Assembly (NCBI GenBank): GCA_963663165.1
Contig: OY760175.1
Location: 6,560,001-6,624,000, forward strand
Source: an uncultured Desulfospira sp.
GTDB taxonomy: Bacteria; Desulfobacterota; Desulfobacteria; Desulfobacterales; Desulfobacteraceae
Direction: 5' to 3'
Length of the DNA: 64,000 nucleotides
Below are positions 1 through 10,737 of this stretch, piece after piece. The notes beneath the pieces were generated by a model. The model was not told the DNA's origin and did no database searches. It saw nothing but the letters and a program-made list of their open reading frames with translations. Both the position numbers and the translations under genes were made by a program. Each line of letters begins with the position of its first letter. The first letter of the stretch is position 1.

Positions 1-560
1 GCGGTAATATTTTCAGGGGCGTTGCCGGAAGTTCCGCGGGCATGGACCGGACATCGGCCGATAATATGGGAATGCTGGCAACGGTTATCAACAGCCTGGC
101 CCTGTGTGATGCCCTGGAAAAACATGACATCCCCACCCGGGTTCAGTCCGCCATTCCCATGGACCGGGTGGCCGAACCCTTTATCCGGAGAAAGGCCATC
201 CGTCATCTTGAAAAAGGACGGGTGGTGATTTTTGCGGCGGGCACGGGCAACCCTTATTTTACTACAGATACGGCCGCTGTTCTCAGAGCCCATGAGACCC
301 GTGCCCAGATCCTGTTCAAAGCCACTCAGGTGGATGGGATTTATGACAAAGACCCCATGGTTCACGATGATGCGGTAATGTATGATGAACTGTCATACAT
401 GCGGGTGATCGAAAAACAGCTTCATGTTATGGACATGACCGCCATTTCCCTGGCCATGGAGCATGATCTTCCCCTCCAGGTATTTGATCTTCACAAGGCG
501 GATAATATCTATAAAGCTGTTTTGGGACAGGATATCGGTACCCGCGTCTATAACAAGTAA
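1..560 (+). CDS. pyrH: UMP kinase (5'-truncated by window edge)
   Basis: Frame open from base 3 (GNIFRG...[14 protein letters not shown]); [10 protein letters not shown] and VDGIYDKDP motifs; precedes frr. Confidence 0.97.
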   Translation, partial: GNIFRGVAGSSAGMDRTSADNMGMLATVINSLALCDALEKHDIPTRVQSAIPMDRVAEPFIRRKAIRHLEKGRVVIFAAGTGNPYFTTDTAAVLRAHETRAQILFKATQVDGIYDKDPMVHDDAVMYDELSYMRVIEKQLHVMDMTAISLAMEHDLPLQVFDLHKADNIYKAVLGQDIGTRVYNK

Positions 561-572
561 GGATCTGTTGTT

Positions 573-1130
573 ATGATAAATGAAGTACTCGAAGAGACCA
601 GAGACAGGATGGGAAAAACCCTGGAATCTTTTGAAAAAGAGATGAGCAGGGTCCGGACCGGAAGGGCTTCCCAGAACATGCTTGACAGCGTAAGAGTTGA
701 TTATTACGGCACACAAACGCCCCTGCCCCAGATGGCCACGGTGTCGGTCCCCGAAAGCCGGCTGATAACGGTGAAACCCTGGGATGTCAGCGTAATCAAC
801 GAGGTTGAAAAGGCCATTCTCAAGGCCAATCTCGGGCTGACCCCTTCCAATGACGGCAAGCTGATCCGGATCGCCATTCCCCCACTGACAGAGGAACGCA
901 GAAAAGAAATCGTTAAAACCGTCAGCAAAACCTGTGAAGACTACAAGGTGGCTGTCAGAAACATCCGGCGGGATTCCAACGAGATGCTCAAGGACCTTCA
1001 AAAAGAAGGCGACATCTCAGAGGACGACAGCTTCAAAGGGCAAAAACAAGTCCAGGACCTGACCGACCAGTATATCAAGAAACTGGACGACACCTTCGCA
1101 GCCAAAGAAAAGGAAATCCTTGAAGTCTGA
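573..1130 (+). CDS. frr: Ribosome recycling factor
   Basis: RTGRA, VDYYG, PPLTEERRK and AVRNIRRD motifs; pyrH-frr-uppS synteny. Confidence 0.98.
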   Translation: MINEVLEETRDRMGKTLESFEKEMSRVRTGRASQNMLDSVRVDYYGTQTPLPQMATVSVPESRLITVKPWDVSVINEVEKAILKANLGLTPSNDGKLIRIAIPPLTEERRKEIVKTVSKTCEDYKVAVRNIRRDSNEMLKDLQKEGDISEDDSFKGQKQVQDLTDQYIKKLDDTFAAKEKEILEV

Positions 1131-1860
1131 TCTCTCGAAGCGGGCCAAAGAATTCGATCTGAGCAACATCCCTTCCCATATCGGGATGATCATGGACGGA
1201 AACGGGCGGTGGGCCAAAAAAAAGCTTTGGAACCGGGTCCGGGGGCATGAGAAAGGGACTCAGACGGTCCAGGATATGGTGGCCTTCTGTCAGGAGATCG
1301 GGATTCAATATCTGACCCTTTACGCATTTTCCACGGAAAACTGGGAAAGGCCTGCGGCCGAGATCTCAGCCCTGATGGCCCTGCTCAAAAAATTTATCAT
1401 TTCCGAAAGACAGGAAATGGCGGAACGGGAGATTCGCCTGAACATCTTGGGGCAGCTGGAAAGACTGCCTCGGGACGTACAGGAGGAAGCCGTAAAAACC
1501 CTGGAAATGACCCAAAACAACCAGGGGATGACCCTGAACCTGGCCATCAGCTACGGCAGCAGAGAAGAGATCACCTCCGGGGTCCGGGCTCTGGCCGAAC
1601 AGGTCCGAAAAGGAAGGCTTAATCCCGAAGATATAACCCCTGAGCTGATTTCCGGCCATCTGTACACGGCCGGCATGCCCGACCCTGACCTGATCATCCG
1701 GACGTCCGGTGAGTTCAGACTGAGCAATTTTCTCATGTGGCAGGCCGCCTATTCGGAAATTTACATCACCCAGACCCTGTGGCCTGATTTTAACAAAGAG
1801 GAACTGATTTCAATCTTAAAAGACTACCAGAAAAGGGACCGACGATTCGGTAAGGTCTGA
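1120..1860 (+). CDS. uppS: Undecaprenyl diphosphate synthase
   Basis: HIGMIMDGNGRWA, YAFSTENW and DLIIRTSGEFRLSNF motifs; TTG start uncertain. Confidence 0.97.
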   Translation: MKSDLSKRAKEFDLSNIPSHIGMIMDGNGRWAKKKLWNRVRGHEKGTQTVQDMVAFCQEIGIQYLTLYAFSTENWERPAAEISALMALLKKFIISERQEMAEREIRLNILGQLERLPRDVQEEAVKTLEMTQNNQGMTLNLAISYGSREEITSGVRALAEQVRKGRLNPEDITPELISGHLYTAGMPDPDLIIRTSGEFRLSNFLMWQAAYSEIYITQTLWPDFNKEELISILKDYQKRDRRFGKV

Positions 1861-2675
1861 TGCAGCATTTCAAACGGTGGATAACAGCGCTGGTTTTTGC
1901 CCCCCTCGTGGTCTGGGTTCTGGTGACCGGAAGCCCGCAGTTGGTTGCCGGATTGATCTGTGTTGTGGCCATTGCCACGTTAAGAGAGTATCTTCGCATT
2001 GTATTTGCCCGAAAGGATACACCGGTTCCCCTTCCCATTAAAGTCATCTCCTATATCATGACCATTATCCTGCTGGTAGGGGCCACCTTAGGGGATTTTC
2101 AGGTCATGTTCCTGATTTTTGTTCTTAATTTCTTGGTACTGGCCTGTTTTGCCCTTTCCCGGTTTTTGGCAGATCCCACGATTTTTGATGTGATTGGCCG
2201 GCAGGCATTGGGATTCGTTTATATCTCTGTGCCCCTGTCCTTGCTGGTATTTTTAAAGGACATGGAAGGCGGGGCACTCTGGATTGTCTGGATGTTGATT
2301 GTTATTTTTGCCAATGATACCGGGGCATTCTACGCCGGCACCTACCGGGGAAAACATAAGCTGGCCCCCCGGATCAGCCCTAAAAAAACCATTGAAGGTG
2401 CTGTCGGCGGTATCGTGACATCCGTGGTTGCCGGGTTCGTTTTCTGCCTGGTTTTTTTCAGTGACCTGGCCCTTGGGCTGGTCATGGTTCCCTGCACTTT
2501 TTTAATGGCCGTGGCCGGACAGGTCGGGGACCTGTTTGAATCGGCCATGAAACGCGGGGCGTCCATTAAAGATTCCGGCCGGATGCTGCCCGGGCACGGG
2601 GGCATGCTGGACCGTATAGACGGGTTGCTGTTTGCCGTCCCGGTCCTTTATGTTTATCTGGTATTTGTTATATGA
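1860..2675 (+). CDS. cdsA: Phosphatidate cytidylyltransferase
   Basis: Multi-TM protein with SPKKTIEG, GDLFES..KR and HGGMLDRIDG motifs. Confidence 0.96.
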   Translation: MQHFKRWITALVFAPLVVWVLVTGSPQLVAGLICVVAIATLREYLRIVFARKDTPVPLPIKVISYIMTIILLVGATLGDFQVMFLIFVLNFLVLACFALSRFLADPTIFDVIGRQALGFVYISVPLSLLVFLKDMEGGALWIVWMLIVIFANDTGAFYAGTYRGKHKLAPRISPKKTIEGAVGGIVTSVVAGFVFCLVFFSDLALGLVMVPCTFLMAVAGQVGDLFESAMKRGASIKDSGRMLPGHGGMLDRIDGLLFAVPVLYVYLVFVI

Positions 2676-3820
2676 AAACCCTTTCCATCCTGGGCGCTAC
2701 CGGATCTATCGGTACGTCCTGCCTTGATATTGTCCGGCTTCATCCGGACCGGTTTCAGGTCAAGGCCATGACCTGTGCCACAAGCCTTGAGCCCATGGCA
2801 AGGCTTGTGGCTGAATTTCACCCTGAAATGGTGGCGGTGCTTAACGAAGAAAACGCCGTTGCGCTAAGCCGTCTTTTAACCGGGTCCCACAAACCTGAAA
2901 TCAGGTTCGGCCAGGAAGGATATAAGGCCGCCGCGGCCTGGCCCTCCAGTGATGCCGTATTACTGGCCATGGTGGGGGCCGCAGGCCTTGCGCCGGCCCT
3001 TTGCGCTATTGACGCGCAAAAAGAGGTGGCCCTGGCCAACAAGGAAACCCTGGTCATGGCAGGGGAACTGGTCATGGCAAGGGCCAGGCAAAACCATGTG
3101 GCCATCCGGCCTGTGGACAGCGAACATTCTGCCATTTTTCAATGCCTTCAGGGAAATCAGTCAAAGGATTTAAAAAAAATTTTTTTGACCGCATCGGGCG
3201 GCCCTTTCAGGACCCTTCCCGGCAAAGAATTTGCCCGCATTGCCCCGGAAGACGCATTAAACCATCCCACCTGGGACATGGGGCCCAAAATTACCATTGA
3301 TTCCGCTACCCTGATGAACAAGGGACTTGAAATTATCGAAGCGGTTCACCTGTTTGATGTGCCGGCCCATGCCATCGAGGTCCTGGTTCATCCCCAGAGC
3401 ATTGTCCACTCCATGGTGGGGTTTGCCGACGGTGCCGTTATCGCCCAGATGGGGGTCCCGGATATGAAAGAGGCGATTTCCTATGCCTTGTCCATGCCGG
3501 ACCGCCTTAACCTTAACACGGCCCTGCCGGATTTTGCAGGCCTTGGCTCCCTGATGTTTGAATCCCCTGATTTTCAGAAATTCCCCAGTCTTGATTTCGC
3601 CTTTGAGGCCTGCCGGCAAAAAGGAACCCTTCCCTGTGTGATGAACGCGGCAAACGAAATCGCTGTTCAAGGGTTTTTAGCCCATAAAATCAAGTTTACA
3701 GATATCTTTGATATCATCAGCACCTGCATGGGGCAGCACACCCGCATTGACAATCCCAGTCTTTCAGGTATTATTGAAGCCGATTCCTGGGCCAGGGAGC
3801 GGGCGCTCTCCCTGATCTGA
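2672..3820 (+). CDS. dxr: 1-deoxy-D-xylulose-5-phosphate reductoisomerase
   Basis: LGATGSIG, LANKE, PVDSEH, TASGGPF, MGPKITIDSATLMNKGLE. Confidence 0.98.
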   Translation: MKTLSILGATGSIGTSCLDIVRLHPDRFQVKAMTCATSLEPMARLVAEFHPEMVAVLNEENAVALSRLLTGSHKPEIRFGQEGYKAAAAWPSSDAVLLAMVGAAGLAPALCAIDAQKEVALANKETLVMAGELVMARARQNHVAIRPVDSEHSAIFQCLQGNQSKDLKKIFLTASGGPFRTLPGKEFARIAPEDALNHPTWDMGPKITIDSATLMNKGLEIIEAVHLFDVPAHAIEVLVHPQSIVHSMVGFADGAVIAQMGVPDMKEAISYALSMPDRLNLNTALPDFAGLGSLMFESPDFQKFPSLDFAFEACRQKGTLPCVMNAANEIAVQGFLAHKIKFTDIFDIISTCMGQHTRIDNPSLSGIIEADSWARERALSLI

Positions 3821-3839
3821 ACAAAAAAGAGGTACACCT

Positions 3840-4910
3840 ATGGGGTATTCTGTCGTTGCATTTATTATTGTTATCGGGGTTCTTGTCTTTTTCCATGAAT
3901 TGGGCCATTTTCTGGTGGCACGCCTTTGCGGCGTAGGGGTCCTGGTTTTTTCCCTGGGATTCGGTCCCAAGATTTTTAAAAAAGTTCACGGCAAAACCGA
4001 GTATTGCATTTCCGCCATTCCCCTTGGCGGATACGTTAAGATGGTGGGCGAAGAACCGGATGCCAAACTTGCGCCCGAGGACATCCCGTTTTCCTTTACC
4101 CATAAGTCTTTGCTCAAAAAAAGCCTGATCGTTGCCGCCGGCCCGGCCTTTAATTTTTTTCTGGCCATTGCTATTTTCTTCCTTCTCTACCAGTTTGCCG
4201 GCATGTTTTTGTCCCAGCCGGTCATCGGCAAAGTGATTGAGGATTCCCCGGCCCAGTCGGCGGGCCTTATCCCCGGGGACAGGATCAAAGAGATTGACGG
4301 CCGGGAAATTGAGTCTTTTGAAGATATCATGAAACTCGTTTCCTCAGGCGACGGGGGAAGGCTTGAGATCATTATTGAGCGAGAGGACCACATTAAAATG
4401 GTGGCGCTTACACCGGAAAAAAGACCGGATAAAAATGAGTTCGGAGAGCCTGTGGAGCGGTACATCATCGGGATTATGGGGACAGGAGAAACCTTTCACA
4501 AACCCTTGAACCCGATTCAGGCCATGGGGATGTCCTTAACGGATACCTGGGGACTGATCCGGCTGACCATCGTTTCCGTGGTCAAAATGATCAATGGGTC
4601 GGTCTCGGCCAATAACCTTGGCGGGCCCATCATGATCGCCCAGATGGCCGGCGAGCAGGCCAAGGCCGGCATCATGAATTTTGTCTGGTTTATTGCCCTG
4701 TTGTCGGTTAACCTGGGAATCATCAATTTGTTTCCTATTCCGGTTCTGGACGGGGGGCATCTGCTGTTTTTCGGGATAGAGGCCGTTACCGGCAAGTCCG
4801 TGGGGGACAAACTTCGGGAAAAAATGATTCAATTTGGTGCGGCCATGCTGGTGGCCTTAATGGTTTTTGTATTTTACAACGACATTATCAGGATAATCAA
4901 TGGTGGGTAA
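3840..4910 (+). CDS. rseP: RIP metalloprotease RseP (M50, PDZ)
   Basis: HELGH zinc motif, GGYVKM, PDZ segment, NLFPIPVLDGGH. Confidence 0.96.
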   Translation: MGYSVVAFIIVIGVLVFFHELGHFLVARLCGVGVLVFSLGFGPKIFKKVHGKTEYCISAIPLGGYVKMVGEEPDAKLAPEDIPFSFTHKSLLKKSLIVAAGPAFNFFLAIAIFFLLYQFAGMFLSQPVIGKVIEDSPAQSAGLIPGDRIKEIDGREIESFEDIMKLVSSGDGGRLEIIIEREDHIKMVALTPEKRPDKNEFGEPVERYIIGIMGTGETFHKPLNPIQAMGMSLTDTWGLIRLTIVSVVKMINGSVSANNLGGPIMIAQMAGEQAKAGIMNFVWFIALLSVNLGIINLFPIPVLDGGHLLFFGIEAVTGKSVGDKLREKMIQFGAAMLVALMVFVFYNDIIRIINGG

Positions 4911-4911
4911 T

Positions 4912-7900
4912 ATGATTTCATCCATAGAAACCGCGCTTAAACCTGAGCTTGCCGATGCCCAGGGCGCTTCTCTTGCGGCTAAGGCAGCCTCGTATTTTAA
5001 TATCAATATGGATTCGGCCCGGTGTGTGAACATCGTGACCGTTGAATCCGACCTGGCAGGGGATCAGCTGGAACGGATCCGGCAGGAGATTTTAACCAAC
5101 CCTGTTACCCAGGTGTCCGGGCTTACCCCCCTTGATATTCCCTTTGACTGGTGTATCTGGATTGGGTTCAGGCCCGGGGTCAGGGACAACCCGGGGGCTA
5201 CGGCCATGGAGGCGGTCAAGGATGTCCTTGGCAAAGATTTTTCTTCAGATGAAGGCATTTACACCTCAAAACGGTATTGCATCACCGGCAGCGGCCTGAC
5301 CCGGGAAAATATGGAAACCGTTGCCGGGGAACTGTTATCCAATCCAATTATCCAGCAGTTTAAGATTTTTTCAAAAGATGCGTGGGATCCTCGTCTTGGC
5401 GTGAACGTGCAGCCGCCCAAGGTGATGTTGAACCATACCCCGGGCTGGGATGAGATCAATATTGATTCCAATGAAACCCTGGGCAAGATCAGCGATGAGA
5501 GAAACCTGGCTTTAAACCCCAGGGATATCCCCATTATCAGGGAGTATTTCCTTTCACCCACTGTCCTTGAATCCAGAAAATCGGTGGGGCTTTCCAAACC
5601 CACGGACGTGGAACTGGAATATATTTCCCAGGCCAGAAGCGATCATTGCAACCACAACACCTTTAACGGTATTTTTCGATACAAGGATGCCGCCACCGGT
5701 GAAGCGGTAATTGAAACGTCTCTGTTTAAAACCTATATCCAGCAGCCCACCCTGGCCTTAAAAGAAGAAAAAGACTGGGTGGTATCAGTTCTCTGGGACA
5801 ATGCCGGCGTGGGCCGTCTGGATGATGAAAACAACTATGTGATCACCGGGGAAACCCATAACTCGCCATCCAATATGGAGGCTTACGGCGGGGCCATTAC
5901 CGGCATTGTAGGGGTCTACCGGGACCCCATGGGAACGGGCCTTGGGTCCAAACTGTTCATGGGCAGTTTCGGGTTCTGCGTGGGGGATATCCATTATGAC
6001 GGGCCCTTAAAACCGCCCCTGCATCCCCGGCGGCTTTTAGACGGGGTCATTGAAGGCGTCAAGGACGGGGGCAACAAGAGCGGGGTCCCCACCACATTCG
6101 GCCAGACCCTGTTTGATCCCGGGTATATGGGCAAAAGCCTGGTATTTGTGACCGCCCTGGGGGTCATGCCCAAAACGGTCAAGGGAAAGCCCAGCCACGA
6201 AAAGAAAACCACCCCCGGCGACCTGATCATCATGAGCGGGGGGCGGGTGGGAAAGGACGGGATTCACGGGGTGACGGCCTCGTCTGAATCCTATTCTGAA
6301 AATACCCCGGCCGGCCACGTCCAGATCGGTGATCCCTATACCCAGAAAAAAATGCACGACTTTCTCCTGGTCTGCCGGGATGAGGGGCTGATCCCCTTCA
6401 TTACAGACAACGGCGGGGGCGGGCTTTCTTCCTCCATCGGGGAGTCGGCCATGATTTCCAACGGGTGTGTGGTGCAGCTGGACAAGGTTCCCTTAAAATA
6501 TGAGGGGCTGGACATGTGGGAGATCTGGATATCGGAATCCCAGGAGCGCATGACCATTGCCGTGAAACCCGAGAACCTGGAACGGTTCATGGCCCTGTCT
6601 AACCTTCATGAGGTGGAATCCACCGTGATCGGGGAATATACGGACACGGGCAAACTTCACATCAAGTATAAGGATCAGACCTGTGCCTATGTGGACATGG
6701 ATCTACTGGAAAAAGGGTTTCCGGCCTGGGAATTTGATGCCCTCTGGCTGTCGCCTGAAAAAAGGGGGCTGACCGAACCCGTGATATCCACCCCCGTGGA
6801 TTTTAACGCCCTGCTGCTCAAGATGCTGGAGAGGCCCAATATCTGCTCAAAGGAGTGGATTATGCGCCAGTATGACCACGAGGTCCAGGGCGGGTCAGTG
6901 ATCAAGCCCCTGGTGGGGGTGAAGCAGAATATTCCATCGGATGCCTCTGTCACCAGGCCCGTACTGACATCGGACAAGGGGCTTGCCTTTTCCCAGAGCC
7001 TGCTGCCCTGGTACTCAAAGATCGACGCCTACCACATGATGGCCTGCACCATTGACGAGGCGGTGAGAAGACTGATCGCCGTGGGCGGGACTTTGGACCA
7101 CATCGGCGGGGTGGACAATTTCTGCTGGCCCAATATCGGGTTTGACGAACAGACCAACCCGGACGGAAAATTCAAGGCAGCTCAGCTGGTCCGGGCCTGC
7201 CGGGCGTTGAAAGACAGCTGTATGTCCTTTGGTATTCCGCTGCTGTCCGGCAAGGACTCCATGTATGTGGACGGCCATCTCCAAGGGCAGTTCGGTGAAA
7301 GAATCAAAGTGTCGGCCCTGGAGACGGTTCAGTTTTCGGCCACGTCAGTCATTGAAAACGTGGCATCCTGCCTGACCCTGGATCCCAAAATTCCCGGCGA
7401 TTACATTTATGTGGCCGGCCGGACCCTGGATGAACTGGGGGCTTCGGAATATTATGATTTGTTTGGTAAAACAGGGCTTAATGTCCCCAAAGTGAATTTT
7501 GGCGAGAGCAAGGTCCTTTACCGGGCCATTGAAAAAGCCATTGAAAAGGACCTTGTGGCATCCTGCCATGCCGTGGCCCGGGGGGGCTTAGGGGTCCACT
7601 TTTCCCTTATGGCCATGGCCGGCGGCCTTGGCCTGGAAATTGATATGGACAAGGTTCCCGGGGCAGCCCCTGACCAGACCCCGGCATTGTCCATTGACAC
7701 CGTGCTGTTTTCCGAGTCAGCCGGCCGGTTTATCCTGACGGTATCCCCTGAAAACCAGGAAACCTTTGAGAAACTGACCAAAGGACTTGCCGTCAGCTGT
7801 GTGGGCCGGATTTTGGAAAATCAGTCCCAATTAATTATCAGCCGGACAGATGGCCAGGCGGTTGTGGATATTTCCATTGACCTTCTTGAAACCGCGTTCA

Positions 7901-7926
7901 ACACCCCTTTTGGAGATATGATATGA
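4912..7926 (+). CDS. purL: Phosphoribosylformylglycinamidine synthase, synthetase subunit (long form, N-terminal PurS-like extension)
   Basis: SDHCNH, ETHNSPS, GGRVGKDGIHG, DNGGGG and SESQERM motifs; ~1000 aa without glutaminase domain; followed by purQ; ATG 4912 just after rseP stop. Confidence 0.93.
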   Translation: MISSIETALKPELADAQGASLAAKAASYFNINMDSARCVNIVTVESDLAGDQLERIRQEILTNPVTQVSGLTPLDIPFDWCIWIGFRPGVRDNPGATAMEAVKDVLGKDFSSDEGIYTSKRYCITGSGLTRENMETVAGELLSNPIIQQFKIFSKDAWDPRLGVNVQPPKVMLNHTPGWDEINIDSNETLGKISDERNLALNPRDIPIIREYFLSPTVLESRKSVGLSKPTDVELEYISQARSDHCNHNTFNGIFRYKDAATGEAVIETSLFKTYIQQPTLALKEEKDWVVSVLWDNAGVGRLDDENNYVITGETHNSPSNMEAYGGAITGIVGVYRDPMGTGLGSKLFMGSFGFCVGDIHYDGPLKPPLHPRRLLDGVIEGVKDGGNKSGVPTTFGQTLFDPGYMGKSLVFVTALGVMPKTVKGKPSHEKKTTPGDLIIMSGGRVGKDGIHGVTASSESYSENTPAGHVQIGDPYTQKKMHDFLLVCRDEGLIPFITDNGGGGLSSSIGESAMISNGCVVQLDKVPLKYEGLDMWEIWISESQERMTIAVKPENLERFMALSNLHEVESTVIGEYTDTGKLHIKYKDQTCAYVDMDLLEKGFPAWEFDALWLSPEKRGLTEPVISTPVDFNALLLKMLERPNICSKEWIMRQYDHEVQGGSVIKPLVGVKQNIPSDASVTRPVLTSDKGLAFSQSLLPWYSKIDAYHMMACTIDEAVRRLIAVGGTLDHIGGVDNFCWPNIGFDEQTNPDGKFKAAQLVRACRALKDSCMSFGIPLLSGKDSMYVDGHLQGQFGERIKVSALETVQFSATSVIENVASCLTLDPKIPGDYIYVAGRTLDELGASEYYDLFGKTGLNVPKVNFGESKVLYRAIEKAIEKDLVASCHAVARGGLGVHFSLMAMAGGLGLEIDMDKVPGAAPDQTPALSIDTVLFSESAGRFILTVSPENQETFEKLTKGLAVSCVGRILENQSQLIISRTDGQAVVDISIDLLETAFNTPFGDMI

Positions 7927-8747
7927 AAGTAAAGGCACTGGTATTAACCGGTTTTGGGTTAAACTGCGACAATGAAACCGCCCTGGCCTTTGAACTGGCC
8001 GGGGCAGCGGCTCACCGGGTTCATATCAATTCCCTGGTTTCCGGGGATGTTCAACTGGCGGATTTCCAGATTCTTGCCTTTGGCGGCGGGTTTTCCTGGG
8101 GGGATGACCATGGGGCCGGCGTGATCCAGGCCGTAAAGCTTAAAACCCACATTGGTGAAGATCTCCTTGACTTTGTGGCCACAGGCAAACTGGTCATCGG
8201 GATCTGCAACGGGTTCCAGGCCCTGGTTAATCTCGGGCTTCTGCCGGGAATGGATCAGGACTATACCCAACGCTCGGTGTCGGTTACCTACAATGACTGC
8301 GGCAATTTCCAGGATCGCTGGGTCCATTTAAAAGCCAATGAAAAAAGTCCTTGCGTATTCACAAAAAATATTTCCATGGCCGATTTTCCCATCCGCCACG
8401 GTGAAGGCAAATTTATTGCCGACCCGGACATGATCCGGAAAATTGCCCAACAGGGCCAGATCGTATTTCAATATGCTGACAAAGACGGGAACCCGGCCAA
8501 GGGGAAATTTCCTTTAAACCCCAATGGGTCCCTGGAAGATATTGCCGGCATCTGTGACCCCACCGGCCGTATTTTCGGCCTGATGCCCCACCCGGAAGGG
8601 TATAACCACTTTACCAACCACCCGGACTGGACGCGGAAAAGCCAGGAGGCCAAACGCCGGGGAATTGAGTTTGGCAAGGATATTACACCGGGAATTGCCC
8701 TGTTTAAAAACGGGGTGGATTATATCAAAGAGAATTTTACCTGTTAG
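7923..8747 (+). CDS. purQ: Phosphoribosylformylglycinamidine synthase, glutaminase subunit
   Basis: GGFSWGD, GICNGFQ (catalytic Cys), HGEG and GLMPHPE motifs. Confidence 0.96.
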   Translation: MKVKALVLTGFGLNCDNETALAFELAGAAAHRVHINSLVSGDVQLADFQILAFGGGFSWGDDHGAGVIQAVKLKTHIGEDLLDFVATGKLVIGICNGFQALVNLGLLPGMDQDYTQRSVSVTYNDCGNFQDRWVHLKANEKSPCVFTKNISMADFPIRHGEGKFIADPDMIRKIAQQGQIVFQYADKDGNPAKGKFPLNPNGSLEDIAGICDPTGRIFGLMPHPEGYNHFTNHPDWTRKSQEAKRRGIEFGKDITPGIALFKNGVDYIKENFTC

Positions 8748-8792
8748 CCATTGGCTTTTAGCTGTTCGCCTTTAGCGGTTGGTTGTTAGCTG
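8742..8792. repeat. Degenerate heptamer array, (N)NTTAGC family, ~7 units
   Basis: tgttagc cattggc ttttagc tgttcgc ctttagc ggttggt tgttagc; first unit contains the purQ stop codon. Confidence 0.8.
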
Positions 8793-8814
8793 ATATCAAG
8801 GGGAGTTGATCAAG

Positions 8815-9510
8815 GTGCTCGGAACATTTGTCAACTGCCTGGCCATTATTGCCGGCAGTTTTGCGGGATTGCTGTTTAAAAGCGGGATACCTGAGCGGTT
8901 CAATCATACCATCATGCAGGCCGCCGGCCTCTGTGTTATCCAGGTGGGCTTGAAAACCTCTCTGGGATGTGACGATTTCATCATTGTTATCATCAGTCTG
9001 GCCATTGGGTCAATTATCGGTGAGATGATGAAGATCGAGGACACCCTTGAACGCTTTGGCAAATTTCTGGAAAATAAATTTTCAAGCCCCGGGTCAACCT
9101 TTTCGACCGGATTTGTCACGGCCTCGCTGCTTTACTGCGTGGGGTCAATGGCCATTATCGGATCTTTGGAAAGCGGACTTTTGGGCAAGCATGACATCCT
9201 GTTTGCCAAATCCTGCCTGGACGGCATTATCAGTATTGTTTTATGCTCTACCTTTGGGATAGGGGTGATGTTTGCCGCCGGCCCGGTGCTGGTCTACCAG
9301 GGGGGCATTACCCTGGCCGCAAGCCTGCTCAAGCCGTTGCTGATTCCCGAAGTCGTCAGCCAGATGTCCGGGGCCGGCGGGCTTTTGATCATGGCGTTAG
9401 GGATAAATACGCTGTTGAATCTGAAGATCAAGGTGGGCAATATGCTGCCGGCTGTATTCATCCCCCTGGTATGGTATGGTCTCCAAAGTATTTTTAAAAA
9501 TTTCTTTTAA
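8815..9510 (+). CDS. DUF554-family (YdfK/YqgA-like) membrane protein
   Basis: GTxVN start, GFVTASLLYCVGSMAIIGS, KSCLDG, KVGNMLPA; GTG 8815 has a GGGAG RBS (track start 8806). Confidence 0.88.
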   Translation: MLGTFVNCLAIIAGSFAGLLFKSGIPERFNHTIMQAAGLCVIQVGLKTSLGCDDFIIVIISLAIGSIIGEMMKIEDTLERFGKFLENKFSSPGSTFSTGFVTASLLYCVGSMAIIGSLESGLLGKHDILFAKSCLDGIISIVLCSTFGIGVMFAAGPVLVYQGGITLAASLLKPLLIPEVVSQMSGAGGLLIMALGINTLLNLKIKVGNMLPAVFIPLVWYGLQSIFKNFF

Positions 9511-9540
9511 TCATTGTAAGTTGAAAAGGAGTGCTGGAAG

Positions 9541-10614
9541 ATGAAAAAAATTTCACGCAAGAACCTCAGTAAACTTTTGTCTATGGGGGTGATGGCCGTA
9601 TTCTTTTTTTCCCAGAACATGATGGCCGGCCTTTCTTATGCCGATGCCGGGAAGGCAGCAACCAAAGTTAATCACAAGCCCGTCAAATACTTTGTTCCCG
9701 AAAAACGGATGATGCTCACCGCCAGCGTCAAAGATGAAAAAGGCATTGAGCTGGTCAGATGTTACTTCAGGGCTGAAGGGGAGGCCGATTTTGTTTTTGT
9801 CCCCATGACCCAAACCAGTGATGGCACATACAGTGCCGTCCTCCCGGCCCCAAGTGCGGCCACACCGGCCATCGAATATGTGTTCCTGGTCGTCAACAGT
9901 GAAAAACAGATTGTCAAAACCCAGACCTTTACCGTCCCAAAACAGGAGGGTTCCGATACCCCTGAATGGCAGCAGGCCGGCTCAGAAGGCGATATTGCCG
10001 TTAAAACCGAACTTGAAAAACCACCGCAGCAGCTGGCGGGCTTTTCTGATTCCATTACCATTGACCAGGTGGAATCCTCCATGCGGTTTGGTATGGTGGC
10101 CGGCGGATTGTACGCCGTAACCTCTTCCGCCGCAGCCGGGGCCACGGCGGCCACGGCTGCCGGAACCATCACCGCTTCAGCCGGTATCTCCACAATGACC
10201 ATTGTGGCGGTGGGGGCGGCCGTTGTGGCCGGCGGCGTTGCCGTGGGCGCCAGCGGTGGCGGAGGCGGCGGTGGAAGCAGCGCTTCCGGCGGGTCTTTGT
10301 CGTATTCGGATGGTATTATTACCAATTCAGGTAATGAGCGTGTTACGGTAGACGATATAGCCATTACCTATGGCGGCCTTGCATCTTATGCATCTTCTGT
10401 CAGCAGTGCATTTTCTAACTATGGATATGATGTTTCAACCTCGGGCGATGATCTGATAATCTCCTGGGATGTTGATCAAACCCTTGCTGCGGGAGAGTAT
10501 ATTGACTTATCTGCCATGCAGTCTGTTGTCGATGAATACGCCGGTGAGTATGGCACGTCCCTTACAATCGATATCGGCACCAGTGACGGGACCTATTCAT
10601 TTACAAGTCAATAG
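9541..10614 (+). CDS. Secreted protein A: signal peptide, Ig-like N-domain, hydrophobic Gly/Ala segment, poly-Gly, acidic beta-rich C-domain
   Basis: AAGGAG RBS; basic-hydrophobic N-terminus; clear paralogy with 10738-11910. Confidence 0.8.
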   Translation: MKKISRKNLSKLLSMGVMAVFFFSQNMMAGLSYADAGKAATKVNHKPVKYFVPEKRMMLTASVKDEKGIELVRCYFRAEGEADFVFVPMTQTSDGTYSAVLPAPSAATPAIEYVFLVVNSEKQIVKTQTFTVPKQEGSDTPEWQQAGSEGDIAVKTELEKPPQQLAGFSDSITIDQVESSMRFGMVAGGLYAVTSSAAAGATAATAAGTITASAGISTMTIVAVGAAVVAGGVAVGASGGGGGGGSSASGGSLSYSDGIITNSGNERVTVDDIAITYGGLASYASSVSSAFSNYGYDVSTSGDDLIISWDVDQTLAAGEYIDLSAMQSVVDEYAGEYGTSLTIDIGTSDGTYSFTSQ

Positions 10615-10703
10615 CGGTCACGGGCCGTCTTGGTTATCCAACCAAGCACCGCCCACAACAAATATTGAAAGTCTTCTCAGGACCTTAGTGAGACTTTCTT
10701 ATA
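10613..10703 (+). repeat. ~90-bp double-hairpin element, inverted copy of the 17450-17723 array unit
   Basis: Reverse complement of 17450-17540 with only 2 mismatches, both near the left end. Confidence 0.93.
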
Positions 10704-10737
10704 AAAAAAATGAAAAAGGTTAAAGGAGAACCGGAGG